DNA of 58,990 nucleotides, the filler included, from Sphacelaria rigidula (Eukaryota): NCBI GenBank assembly GCA_964200075.2. It is 8 parts of 8 records of this genome, joined end to end, with 100 filler letters (N's around TTAATTAATTAA, not from the genome) between each part and the next. Parts side by side here need not be neighbours in the genome. Positions count along the whole stretch, not along the records: positions 22,162 to 29,447 come from CAXNAA020015626.1; positions 29,548 to 36,833 come from CAXNAA020015627.1; 6 more parts are not named here. One strand, 5' to 3'. Every line of letters begins with the position of its first letter. Within the stretch, counting starts at the first letter, position 1. Under the pieces are notes generated by a model, which saw only the letters and a list, made by a program, of their open reading frames with translations, did not search any database and had not been told where the DNA came from. Shown piece after piece: positions 23,176 through 35,030 of this stretch. The position numbers were made by a program, and so were the translations under genes.

Positions 23176-26100
23176 CTAGTCGAGCTCTTGTCCCCCTCTG
23201 TACCCCTCTTTCCCGTCCAACGTTACTTCCATCACGCGCTTCATGAGTCCATTATCTCCCGTGCGCATGACAATTCCCGCTGAGAGTACTCTCGGCTTGC
23301 GCAATGTGATCTCGAGGATCTCGTTGTAGTCGGTCTTGTGGAGGGCCTCAGCGTAGGACAGAGGATGATTCGTGCGCGTCCTCTTGTTCCACTCGATGCC
23401 CCGCGTGAGGAAAGAGGAGTGGACATTCTTGAGCTTTTCGTATTGTTTCTTCAACAGGGTATACGTCGTGCACCCATACGGAGGGGTCTCAACGACTGCG
23501 GCTTGGAGCAGTCGTAGTCTGAGCCGTGCGGGGAGCATCCGACCGTTGAATATCGATTTGCCATTTCGCCTGTGTCATCCCCACGCTCGGTCCAGGCAAT
23601 TTATCACTTCCTAGTGCCCATCATACCGTCCTCGCAAATACAATAGTTCCCTCGACGTACTCAAACTTGATATTTTTCTTGTATACCTGGCTGCCGGCGT
23701 TGTTTCTGAATGAGCACTCCTCTATCCCTTTCGGCAGCAAGCACATGATCTTCGCCTTCAGTTCTGACACCGCCAGTCCGAACAAACCCGAGCCGCGCAC
23801 GATGGTAAACATCTTCTCGAGGCTCTCCGGCGATCGCGCCAAATGCTCGCGTCGTCGGTGTGACGGCGGCTCCGCGGCATCCGCTATCGTGACCTCGCGC
23901 TTTCCCCGTGGCTCTCTCTTGATCTTCACCGTGTCTACTATCACCTCGTCGTCTTTGGCGAACTTGTTCACTCGTACCATGAGCATGGCGACGAAAAGCG
24001 AGTGGACAGCAGCGGTGCCAGGTTGCACCCCTGTCGGAGCACGTCCAGTCCTTCATCCGTACACGGGCCCTTATGTCATTATGGAACGGGAAGATTACCG
24101 CCACTTTCTTGGAAGGCACCTTGAGACGCTTGACTACGGTCCACCGCAGCTCTCTATCGACGGACTCGTAATTTGATGAGATAGATAAAGCACGCGTAGA
24201 GCGGGGTGCTCGTCATCTGTGCCAACTCGTGAAGTCGCCGGACCACCAGCATCATGTCGTAGGTCGAACGGGCTGGACGGAAGCCTCTTTGCTTCTCCGG
24301 GAGGATCCCGTCGTGCTCGCAGTAGTTGCTCAGGCGCTTGGCGACGGGTTTAAACTACACTTTGCCACCGCGCGCTACAAGGGAGATGCCGCGGTAGTTG
24401 CCACACTCCGTCGCGTCCTCCTTCTTGAACAGCATCTCAATGATGGCGTCCTTCCACAGCTGCGGCACCTCTCCCGTCCGCTGCATGATGGCGATGATAT
24501 CATGGAATCGAGAGAAGAAGTCTTGGTCTCCATCGAAGAATAGTTTGATGAGCTCCACCAGGAGCTCGATCTGCCCTGCTGCTTTCCTATTGGCCACTGT
24601 TCGTATCGCTTCCTCTACCTCGATCCTGGACGATAAATCGCCTGGCGGCACACACTTGGGCCGCCGCTTGACCTACTCGGCCATTCGCGGATTGAGGATC
24701 GGCGACTTGTTGTTGAAAAAGTTGTAGAACCACCTGGCCCACCGTGCGAGTATGAGCACGGGGGTTCATATCAGGTTGCCGTCCTCGTCCTTGATGTTCT
24801 GCGAGGCGAATGGTCATTCTCCTCCCAAGTCCAGCCCCCTCGCGTGCCGGTGAAAATGGTACACGTCTTTTCATGGCTTCTCGTCACGAGCTGCGTCGCA
24901 TACCTCTCGGAGAACCCACACACAGCTGCCTCTCAATTTGTTGAGCTCTTTCGCCGCTGTCTTCAGCTTCCTTCGTAGAGCAATGTCCGTTCGGGCACAG
25001 CGAAAGTGTCGCCGGGCCACGTCCCTCTTCCTACACTCCTCGTGAATTGCGCGCTTCATTTCCTCGCTTGCACACCAACCCTTCGATCTTCGTTTGCACT
25101 TAGCCCGAGGGGCGGTCTGCGTGGCTGCCGATAACACGGTATCCGTCAACGCCGAGGCAATCTCTCCCGCCGTCGATCCTGGCATGGTGGTGGTGGGGGA
25201 GTAAAGGATCCTGTGCTGGAATTCACTCGGGAGGATGTCCTCCTCCTTCAGTCGTTCGAGGTCGATGGTGGTGCGTCCACCGTTGTTTTCGTTCCCCGCG
25301 TAGCGTCGGTTGGGGGCAACTCGATGGTGACGTCGAACGGCAGCGTACACGAGGTTGTGGTCTGAGTCTTTGGATTCAACTCGGCGTGCTGAGACATTGC
25401 ACACAAGTCTCATGTCCACTCGTTGAACGGCGACGTAGTCAAAGCGATGTTGTTTCTTCCCGATGCTTGCTTGTTGGAACATGTGTGAGGCTCCGCACTT
25501 GGGTGTGCTGAAGAACGTGCTGGCGACGGAGATTCCGTTGTCCTGGCCGAAACCGAGCAGCCGTTGTCCGTTGTCATTCAGCGTATCACGCCCGTATGCA
25601 CCAAGCACGTTGTCATCATTACACCCATCCCCACCCCTACCCGCCCGAGTATTGGCATCTATCATGACCACACGGCGGTTACCGCGAGGCACCTCCCGGA
25701 TCGCGGCGTCTTCTCCTTTCCAGAACCAGTCTTTAGCATCGATGCCACTGTCCTCCGTAGGTGTGTATCCGGAAGAAGAAGATACTCTATTCTAGGTTCC
25801 GGGCTTCAGGTGTACCTTCATCAGCTCAGGCTGAGACCCTTCACCACCTCGTGTCCCTCGTCCAGTCCGTCCCGGACAGCCTGCCGGGTAGCAAACCCCA
25901 CCCCTCACACTCTCTTCTTTTCCTTTGTCCCAGCACGCGCCCCGCTCCCCATCACCACGTACCCCACATGGGTAATTGAACCCTGCTGCTCACGTCTGGT
26001 CTCTTGGAATCCGATGATGTCATACCCAGTCTAGGAACATATTTAGGCGACGGTTGTAGTGTGGTAACCGATGGGGTTCTTGCCTCTGTGAGCGAGTGCG

Positions 26101-26340
26101 CGGACGTTGAGGGTACCCGTAGTCAGCTCGCCCATGCTTACCCTGATGCTCGCTCGTCTCCTTCGGACCGTTACGTGTAGAGATAGACTCCTCTTCAGTT
26201 TCTTTCGAACCGCTGACTTCCTTCTTTCTATCCATCTCAGCCTAGCCCGGTCCATGCCTTGGATCAAAAGAGCGCGATACAGCACTCCCCGCCTATACCT
26301 GTATTCACCTCCTCCCTGTCGACGGCGCTCACTAACATAG
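23176..26340 (-). mobile_element. Non-LTR retrotransposon (RTE-like LINE), degenerate APE endonuclease + RT
   Basis: GTLNVR, IIGFQETR, DAN...NDNGQRLL, FDYV, SDHNLV (endonuclease). EVEEAIR...[23 protein letters not shown] (RT N-terminus). Many frameshifts. Confidence 0.92.
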
Positions 26341-26654
26341 AATTTCATCGCCTCTTTCCTCCTCAGGGTGCGGGTACCGCGCTTTTCGCGACAATGGTTT
26401 CATGCAGCTGACGCAGGCAGCTCTGCCGCGGGGACCGGTAGGTTCGTTGCACCGTGCGTCACGTCCTCCGTATGTACAGGTTCGCCAGTGCACTTCATCA
26501 TCAGTAGCGCTGGCGAGCTTTGCCTCTACGCCACCGCTCTCTCTCTCTGTCTCTCTCTATCTCTCTTTGTCTCTCTCTCTCTGTGTTATGGCCTGGTGCA
26601 CCCGCTATGGGTTCAGGCTCGACCTCCGAGCGGGGGGCAGCCGAGGGGGAATAT

Positions 26655-28020
26655 ATGCTACCTAGTATGTCGCAGATGGTATGTAACATTTGCATCGAAC
26701 TGTGTCATCATTAGACACCGGACTACAGGGCTGTCAACCTCAGTGTACTAAAAGGGAAAAACTGATGTGTTTTACGACGAGACAACCTTCGTTCAGTAGT
26801 AACTGCCTGTTGTTGTGGTCATTGCTGTTTGTATCGCATCCGTGACTTTGGTACGGGTTTTCACTGTCATCTCGAAGTACGTGCTGCGTAGTGTCGGAGA
26901 TGGTGAATGATCTTCTCGCGCAACTGCAGTCGATCGGTAGACGGCGGACTACGGGGTCTTGCAATTTGAAGCTTCAGAAAGGGGGAACGCGCGTATCTTC
27001 GACCATCCCCGACAAAGTCATGAAAAGCCGTGCAAGATCGTTGAATGTTAATCTGAAACATAATCTTCCTTCCGCTGTAGCAGCCTGTTCTCGTTGTTGC
27101 CTTTCCAGCCATCCTTGACTTAGACACTCCCTCCCAGTGTCATCTCCAAACGTATACTACCTCGTATGTCGTGGACGGTATGCGACCTTCTCATGGAACT
27201 GTGTTAATGGTAGACACCAGACCACGGAATCTTCAACTTCCAATGGGCAGAAGGGTGATGCCGTGACAGACAAAGAACAGACAATTCTATAAAATGAGGT
27301 TCATCAATGAAATGAGGTTCAAGCCCAAAATAGTACTTTCTCCACACGTTCAGCGATGGTGCCCAGTGACTTTCTTGTCGGCCTAATGCCCCTTGATCGC
27401 GTGGATACTTCTTCAGCTCATTTTACCGACTCTGTGAGCTTACAGCGCTGACCGAAACCGCCGTTTTCCCTGATATCACCCGCCCCTAAAAAATCAGGGG
27501 AAATGACGGTTTCGGACAGCGCTGTAAGCTCACAGAGTCGGTAAAATGCACTGAAGAAGTATCTACGCGATCGAGGGGCATTAGACCGACAAGAAAGTCA
27601 TTGGGCATCATCGCTGAACGTGTGGGGAAAGCACTGTTTTGGGCTTGAACCTCATTTTATTGATGAACCTCATTTTATAGATTTGTCTGTTAAGGGTAGA
27701 ACTCACGTGATATCCGAGTATCCCCGACAAACTCACGTACACTAAAATTGGTTTTCGACGAGGTACCTTCGTGCAGTGGTAACTGCCCATTGTGGTTGTT
27801 GTTTTTGTTTGTACCACATTCTATGTTTCGATACTGGTTGCCACTGTCATCTCGAAATTCATGCTGCGGAGTGTCGGAGATGGTACATGATCTTCGCGTG
27901 CAACTGGAGTCGAGCGGTAGACGGCGGATGACGGGGGCTTGAAATTCAAATTACCGGAAAGGCGGGACCCATGTCATTCCCGACAAAGTCATGGAAAGTC
28001 GTGGAAAGTTACTCCAAAAC
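26655..28020. repeat. Diverged tandem repeat (units of about 230-270 bp) interrupted by the palindromic MITE
   Basis: TGTCG.AGATGGT...AACTG...TAGAC..C.GAC.AC.GG blocks at about 26665, 26890, 27165 and 27870. 26780-27030 aligns with 27760-28005. Confidence 0.7.
27277..27690. mobile_element. Palindromic MITE, copy 2
   Basis: ACAGAC...GTCTGT termini and near-perfect long inverted arms; homologous to 8989-9406. Confidence 0.88.
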
Positions 28021-28029
28021 ATATTGTTC

Positions 28030-29447
28030 TACCGTGTGGAATGTCATGGAGCGTGTATGAGAGAAGCTATGGGCCAGCCCCGACGACCCTGACGCGAGAA
28101 AGGAGCAGAAGATGACAGAAAAGGCGTTCAAGCGGGTGAAGATCGCTGAAGTGCAGAACTTCATTCAGGAGTTCACCACCAGAACATCGGAGTTAACCCA
28201 AAAGAAGTGTCAAGCAGGGCTGTACCAAGACATCAGGTCCTTGGAATTGGAAGGGAAGAGGGGATGTGGCTCAACCTAAGTGAAGAGCGCGGCCGGCGAG
28301 GTCCTGGACAAGCAAGTCATTCTACAGCGGTGGAAGGAGTTGCTTGAATCGCTTCTGAATGCAATCTCGCCTGCGCCTGACCGCTTTGTCATCAATCTCA
28401 TGAAGTAGATTCCGGAGTATCCACCGCTCGAGGCCGAGCAGTCGATGGAAGGAGTGGACAAAGAAGTGGTTGAAATGGCAAGGCCGCCGGGAAAAACAAC
28501 TTGTTTGGTGAGCTCTTGATGCTCGGATTCACCAAGGGTTCTGCCACACTGAGTTGCCTCCACAACATCGTGCTCACAGTGTGGCGTCAGGCAGTAATAC
28601 CCAGAAATGGAAAGACACCGTCATCAAGGTGCTGTTCGAGAAACATGACCCGCAAGAATGCGGCATTTCTCACGGTTTTGCGCTAGGGATCCATGCAGGA
28701 AATGTGGTTCTCAAGATAGTCACGACTCGCCTCAGCGCCTACTCCGAGTGGATTTGGGTCCTACCAGAAGCTCAGTGTGGCCTCCGACCCGGCCGATCAA
28801 CAGTCGATATGATGAACGTTGTGCACAGACTCCAAGAACTGGCCACAGAGAAGAGTATTCCGTTGTACGTGTGATCCGTCGACCTCCAGAAAAACATGCG
28901 ACTCAATCGACGGCCCTCTTCTCTGGAAGATGCTAGCATAATACTGGATCTCCTCCAAGATGTTATTCATTTTCTGCCAGTTCCACGACGGCATGCGGGT
29001 GTGCGTACGTCTTGACAGCGGTGAGGCGTCTGAGTGGTTTGACGTTAACCAGGGCCTCCGCCAAGGCTGTGTACTTCCCCCGGTTTATTCAACATCTTCT
29101 TCGCAGCGGTGATGAAGGTGACGTTCGACCGATTCTCGATTAATACAGCGGTGGCGAAGGACTTCATTCGCATCGCTGCAAGGGGCGGAAAGACCAGGGG
29201 CGAGCTCAGGAAAAGTGCTTTCGGGCCATGCTATACGCCGACGACGCTGGTATCATATCGCGATCTCAACTAAGCTTGGCAGAGATTATGACGGCCATCG
29301 TCGAAGCCTGTACTGTGTTTGGTCTCGTCGTAATGGAAAACAAGACGGAAGCCATTCACATGCGCTTCCAAAACATGAAGGCAGATGTAGTCGACGTGAC
29401 AGCGGCAGGCCAAAGCTACAAGCAAGTTGAGTGTGTCGTCTATATCG
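28030..29447 (+). mobile_element. Second RTE-like LINE fragment (RT domain), cut by the contig end
   Basis: [47 protein letters not shown]; stops and frameshifts. Confidence 0.92.
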
Positions 29448-29547
29448 NNNNNNNNNNNNNNNNNNNNNNNNNNNNNNNNNNNNNNNNNNNNTTAATTAAT
29501 TAANNNNNNNNNNNNNNNNNNNNNNNNNNNNNNNNNNNNNNNNNNNN

Positions 29548-30433
29548 GGTGCGCATTAGGTGGTGTACATCTGATGCAGCAAGCAGTATGGGTCGCGATA
29601 GAGAGCTTCCAATAGGATGCGGCGACCGGCGGGCCGCCTGCCAGTTGTGGCTTCGGATGATATTATCATCCCTATCACGTTGCCACGCAGCCCCTTGTGG
29701 TCGGGGTGGGTCGCGATTTTCGTTTTTGTTGCATGCGGCAAATTATCTTCGACGGGTATGTCAGCGTTGCGGCGCGCATACACACAATGAAGTATAGTAC
29801 AAGTGCAGTGCAGTACGCCTCCTCGACTGCAGCAGCAGCTGCCGTTGTATACTCCCTTGCACGTTCTCGGCAATTCTCAGCCACCGAGATCAACTGCCTA
29901 TGCACAGCTTGTTCATCCACGCCCACTACATACATGTTAACTGCACACTGCAATCAGTCATCGGCAGAGGGATACGCAGAATTCATGACGGTAGCTCCTT
30001 TTGTCTTTCCACGGCCCAGCTGGATTTTTTGCCTCGTGAAAATGACCACAATGTAGCATGTACAGTCCTTCCCGGTTTTTCCGGTCCACCCTGTGTTGGT
30101 GTAAATTACTACATTTCAGTATAGAATTGGAACCTAAAAAACACTCCGGAAAAACTCGGGAACGGTATAGTGAGTGCAAGTAATACCATAAAACCAAGCT
30201 GCGACCACCCTGCACTTGGAAACCTGGGGAGGCTTATCTGAGCCAGGTATAGGGCCCCCACGCGACTTTTGCAGTGGCATCACACTCGATAACAATCCTC
30301 GCGCTGATCGTTCGGGTCTGGTCGATGAATTTCGCCTCGCCGTGATTGGGCAGGTCGCTCGAAGACATATTTTTCATTATTCCACCAACACAGTGTCAAC
30401 CCTGTGTTAGTGGGGATCCGATCCCAAAAAAGG
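29548..30433 (-). mobile_element. Inverted, truncated copy of the piggyBac-like element at 172-1233
   Basis: Homology is visible in DNA and in ORF translations (DEQAVHRQL..VAENC; LVDEFRLAVIGQ). Degenerate end ATCCCAAAAAAGG-TAA at 30421-30436. Confidence 0.75.
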
Positions 30434-30434
30434 T

Positions 30435-30692
30435 AACCGGGCAATATTCAGAGTTGGACCCTGAAATTTGGTATGAACAATGAATAGGGCATAACAGAAA
30501 CAAATACCAGTGCAGACGAGTTTTGTTTGCATCAGTTAAGGGCATTGTACTGATACTTGAAAACTGATTTTTGCCCTTAGCCCATGCAAAAATGAAAAAA
30601 ATACACTTTGTGTGCACTGGTGTTCGTTTTTATTATGCCCTATTCATTGTCCATACCAAATTTCAGGGTCCAACTCTAAATATTCGCCGGTT
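30435..30692. repeat. Inverted repeat, arms of about 80 bp with a spacer of about 95 bp
   Basis: GAGTTGGACCCTGAAATTTGGTATG..CAATGAATAGGGCATAA pairs with TTATGCCCTATTCATTG..CATACCAAATTTCAGGGTCCAACTC. Confidence 0.85.
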
Positions 30693-31529
30693 AATTGGCC
30701 GTTTAGTGACGGGGTCAGAAGAAATTCGGAACAGTATTTTGCAGGTCACTTACCGGCCCATGTTTGGTGTTTGTGTATCAAACTTCGTGTGGGCCCTCGC
30801 TGGGGCATTATCAACAAAACAAAGCGGGTGAGGTTGATTCTTGTACGAGAACGCCCGAACTTTCTTCCCCCCCCAAAAATTGAGGGCCCATTTTTGTTTT
30901 TCATTCAGCATACCTCTGCGGTAGTTTCAAATCACAATTCTAAAAATTGTGCGAAAAAATTCAGATAAGGTCCAAGAACAGTGTTCATTTCTTTCTCCTC
31001 ACAACTGCCCTAAAAACGGGAAAAATGAAAAAGCTGTTTTTTAGCTTTATTATGCACCATCAGTTCTACACATGAAATTTCATAGCATAAATCTCTAAAA
31101 CTGAGATGCGATATCCAGATTTAGTTCATGCAGTGCCTCTGCTCGTAATATATTGATTTTAGTGAGGAAACTTATGTGCGCCATATCTCGAGGTAAATAA
31201 CGAATAAGGTGAAGAAGGTGAGGGTATCAATCGTCTCCCCGTGCTCCAGGAAATGTCCACACCGAAAATCGTCTTCACCCGCTGAGTGTATCGACCGGGG
31301 GTTTCATATAGATTTTAGTGCGGACGCTATCTCTGTTAGGTATAGGAATTACTAGACATGGGGTTAAAATAACGAGGAATAATTGGCCCAGACTTTTGAG
31401 CAGATGGACACCTCCCCCTTGATTGGACGATTAATACGATATGAGTAGCATAGCCCGACTCGTCCGTGTCGATGAAATATTGATTTGAAGAAACTTAGAT
31501 CCGTTTCTAGGCTAGCCCAGCTCGTATGG

Positions 31530-31656
31530 CGTTCTGTGCGTCTTTTCATGTCCCTTTTTTTTTTATATATCTCCAGCAAGAGTTTCAGCTTCGTTTTCCT
31601 TGGGTACGTCTATTATGTGACCACGGCTGGATCCCTGGGGGGTCAGTTGAAGTGCG

Positions 31657-31696
<40 letters not shown>
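31530..31696 (+). mobile_element. Non-LTR element 3' end with (CAAT)n tail; inverted relative at about 35385-35560
   Basis: ...TCAGTTGAAGTGCGA(CAAT)n. Reverse-complement match GATTGATTGTCGCACTTTAACTGA near 35400. Confidence 0.6.
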
Positions 31697-33757
31697 CCAT
31701 GTGGGTTCTACGTTATATTGCTTGCCAACCCTGCCAACCCTCAAGGGGCGGGGGGTCACGCACAAAAACAAAATTAACGCACCTTATCAAGCGGGAGGGT
31801 GGGGACGTCGGCGTACCAGCGCTCCTCGAGTGCGGCCTCACCGTGAAGTGTCTTGGCCCGTGGTCGCAGCCTATGCCGCACCGATTGTCGAACCGATCTG
31901 TGCGCTCCCCCCGTCTGATCCACCAGGATCTTCCCCCCCCCCCGAAAATAATAGAAAAATGATTGTACAGAACAAAAAAAGGGAAAAGGCAACGATGGGA
32001 AAAGAACAATGAATACTACAAGCTGGGTCGCCCAAGAAGCCCACTTTCCTTCGGCGCGTTCTAAGTGACGATGTATCGCGAGTTATGCCTGCCACGACAC
32101 ATCATGGTGATCTGCAAATCAACGCGCGTCTTTCCAATCCACGTAGCACGCCGATTCGACAAGATTCCATCAAACGAAATACCAAACTGTAGTCAGCTGC
32201 GAAGAGTGGAGAGTTGAGGGTGGCATGTGCGGCGGAATTAGGAAAAAAAAGCAGGGATGTGTACGGAGTAAATCGCGTTTTTTTCTTCTTTTCTTTTTGC
32301 TCTGAGATAAGCAGTAAAACGAGTTTGACGCAAAGAAGGGCAAAGAAAACAGCTGATGCTGACGAGGAATCAAACCAACGTGTTCGCGTTGCAAAATATA
32401 TCGTCTTCCTCTCTCAGGAGTTATTTGAAAAAAAAAAGCCGCGGTTTGAAATCCGTGAAAGCTTCGCCACGGATTATGCTGTAAATACGTGGCAGGAGCC
32501 GTACTATGAACCCGTCCGAAGCGGAATGAGCGCGGATCGAGGCGCGGGTCGAGTCCCCGTACCTGTTACTTCTTCGTGTTCCCTCTTTTATTCATGTTTC
32601 TTCTTCGTTCCGACGCTACAGTCTTTAATCCATAGAACCACGGTTTTATCCGTACATATCCCTGAAAAAAAGGGACTGAAATCGTATTTTCGGTTACAGT
32701 CGGTTGTGCCGTGGCCGCCAAGTGGTGGTGCTGCACAAGTTGTGGTTTGACAACAATGCATGTCGTACTATAGGGGCGCAGTTTCCAAGATGGCACGCAG
32801 ACGAGGCCCCCAGCGCGCCAAGGCGTCTGGCACCAGTGTGCGAACCGGTGAGCAGCGGATGAAGAAATCTTGTAGAGAACACCAAAGTTTCGGCTGAGGT
32901 TGTAGTACTCCAACACCAGGTCAACCGGATCTCAACGGAAAAGCGCGGTTGCACCGCTCAATTTTGAGTCGTTCACTATGATTTTTTGACACGATGTATA
33001 TGAGGTAGGTTACGGAGACCCCATTGTCCCCCCTTCACTTGTCCTTGTTCATCTCGTGAGTTATCGATGATCAAAAATTCGCAACAGTTTTTCGATAGAA
33101 AATCCTCGACAACTCTTCGGAAAAAAAAATCAAGGGGAAAAATAGGGTCGTTGAACATGCCTCATGCACATCGTGTCAGAATTTCATGGAAAACGACTTG
33201 AAATTGAACAGCGTAGTCGCGGTTTAGTTATTTCTGTTCGCGTCGTGGTTGGTTCATCTCCACACAGAAACCGTTTTTTTACACGAAAACGCGAGTTCAC
33301 TGCTTAATTTTGGGTCGTTTATTTCGACGTGTGTGCGAATATCCCATCTTTCCTCCCTCACATTTTTCTCCCGTGAGTTTTTGGAGACGGAACATTTTAG
33401 TACATTTTTTCATAACTAAATTGCAAGTAAGTCATGATCAAAACTGTAAATAAGGGGGAAAGTTAGGGTCTTTGCACCTACCTCATGTATCTCGTGTCAA
33501 AATTTCACAGAAAACGACTCAAAAGTAAGAAGTGAAATCGCGATTCCTGTTCGCATCTTGGGCGGCCCAGCTTGCGTCATAAAGTGAAAAACACACCAAG
33601 ATGAAAAAAAAAAAATGAACGGAAAAATGCAACGGTGAATGCACCAAAACACACACACACACACACACACAAGGCAGGGGCAAAATTGCCTTGAAAAAAT
33701 ATATCCAACCGCTGGTGACAGCCAGAATGGGAAGGAAGGCTTCAAGGTTGTGTTGTC

Positions 33758-34240
33758 TAGGGTACGGTTTTCTGTATACCCGGGGTATTTTCCCGGGTAT
33801 TTGCCGTACCCAACAGTTCGGTCAAGTATTGAGACTTGCACGCCCTTACCCGATAATTCTGAGTTCTGTAAGCCTGCCGTACCGTTATCGGAAGCACGGG
33901 TATGCTCTTGATCAGATACCCCGTTGCGGGTACGGTCTTCTGTGCAGCCTTCATACCCTGCTCGACAGTTTCCGCAAGCTTTGTACGCCTCCCACACCCT
34001 TGCCCGACAGTCCTGTGAGTTCTGTACATAACATATGCCTATACCCGGAGCGCGGGTACGCCCTTGAAAAAATACTCGATTACCGGTATGGTTTTCTGTA
34101 AGCCTCTCGTGCCGTACCCGACAAGCTGTGTAATTTTTGCAAGACTTTCAAACTGGTACTCGACAGTTGTGTAATTTCTGTAGGACTTTCGTATCGGTAC
34201 CCGATCTTTCCGTAAGTTCTGTAAGGACTTCCATACCCTA
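33758..34240. mobile_element. hAT-like MITE with TAGGGTA(C/T)GG termini and many TACCC/GGGTA subterminal motifs
   Basis: TAGGGTACGG at 33758 and CCATACCCTA ending at 34240; dense GTACCC/TACCCG motifs. No clear 8-bp TSD. Confidence 0.55.
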
Positions 34241-34799
34241 CAGAAAACGAGCTCGGAAGGCTTGACTGGTCGTGTACTATATTTTGTCTTCTCCTTGTTA
34301 AAATAAGTCAGAAAAACAACAAAAGCTCTAGACCAAAGCCCCACACCTTCTACGTAAATGTGAACTTCACGGTTCGGACACATCATCGCTGGTCCGAATC
34401 ACCAAATCCACGATTCTTCAGGCCTGAGTGCTCGAAAAAGGGAAAAAGGTCGACCGATCGTCGAAAAAGATTCCCTCGCAATTTTTGCGCCATCCCACGT
34501 TCCTGGGCTGCGCGTAACTGGGTTGCAACGCTGAAAACAAAGCCTAAGGATTGATTCATACGGTACGAATCAGTGACACTAAAATCAAGTAATTTACAGT
34601 CGAATCATTCATTCGTCCGACCCGTGCAAGGTTTTAACCCAATAACATATGAGTCTATCATTCCACTGTTCGGATATATGACTCTCCGCTCCTCCCGTAA
34701 ACATGAGGGTGTAATGATAGGACGATATTGTTTTTGCTCTCAACTCACCTATTATCTCGCACTAAATCTCTACATTTACGGTTTTGAGGGCGGGGGGAG

Positions 34800-35030
34800 A
34801 GGGGGGGTACTCATTTGTTGCTTGCCTTGGTCGTTTGAACATTGACCACGCATTCCTTTCGAGACAGAGCACCGTTCCTACTCTTGTAACAATAGACACA
34901 CCTCCAACATTCCGGCGCTCATCACGTTTGATCCATACATTACACAACAGGGGGAGGGGGGGTCGTACTCATCTGCTGTCTCAGTCATTTGACAATTATT
35001 GATAATGCATCCTTTCGAGACGGAGCACGG
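34800..35030 (+). repeat. Dispersed repeat of about 75 bp, two tandem copies here; inverted copies at about 41370-41435 and 43390-43457
   Basis: GTACTCATTT...GCTTGCCTTGGTC.TTTGA.CATTGACCACGCA..CCTTTCGAGAC.GAGCAC core is shared by all four. Confidence 0.75.
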
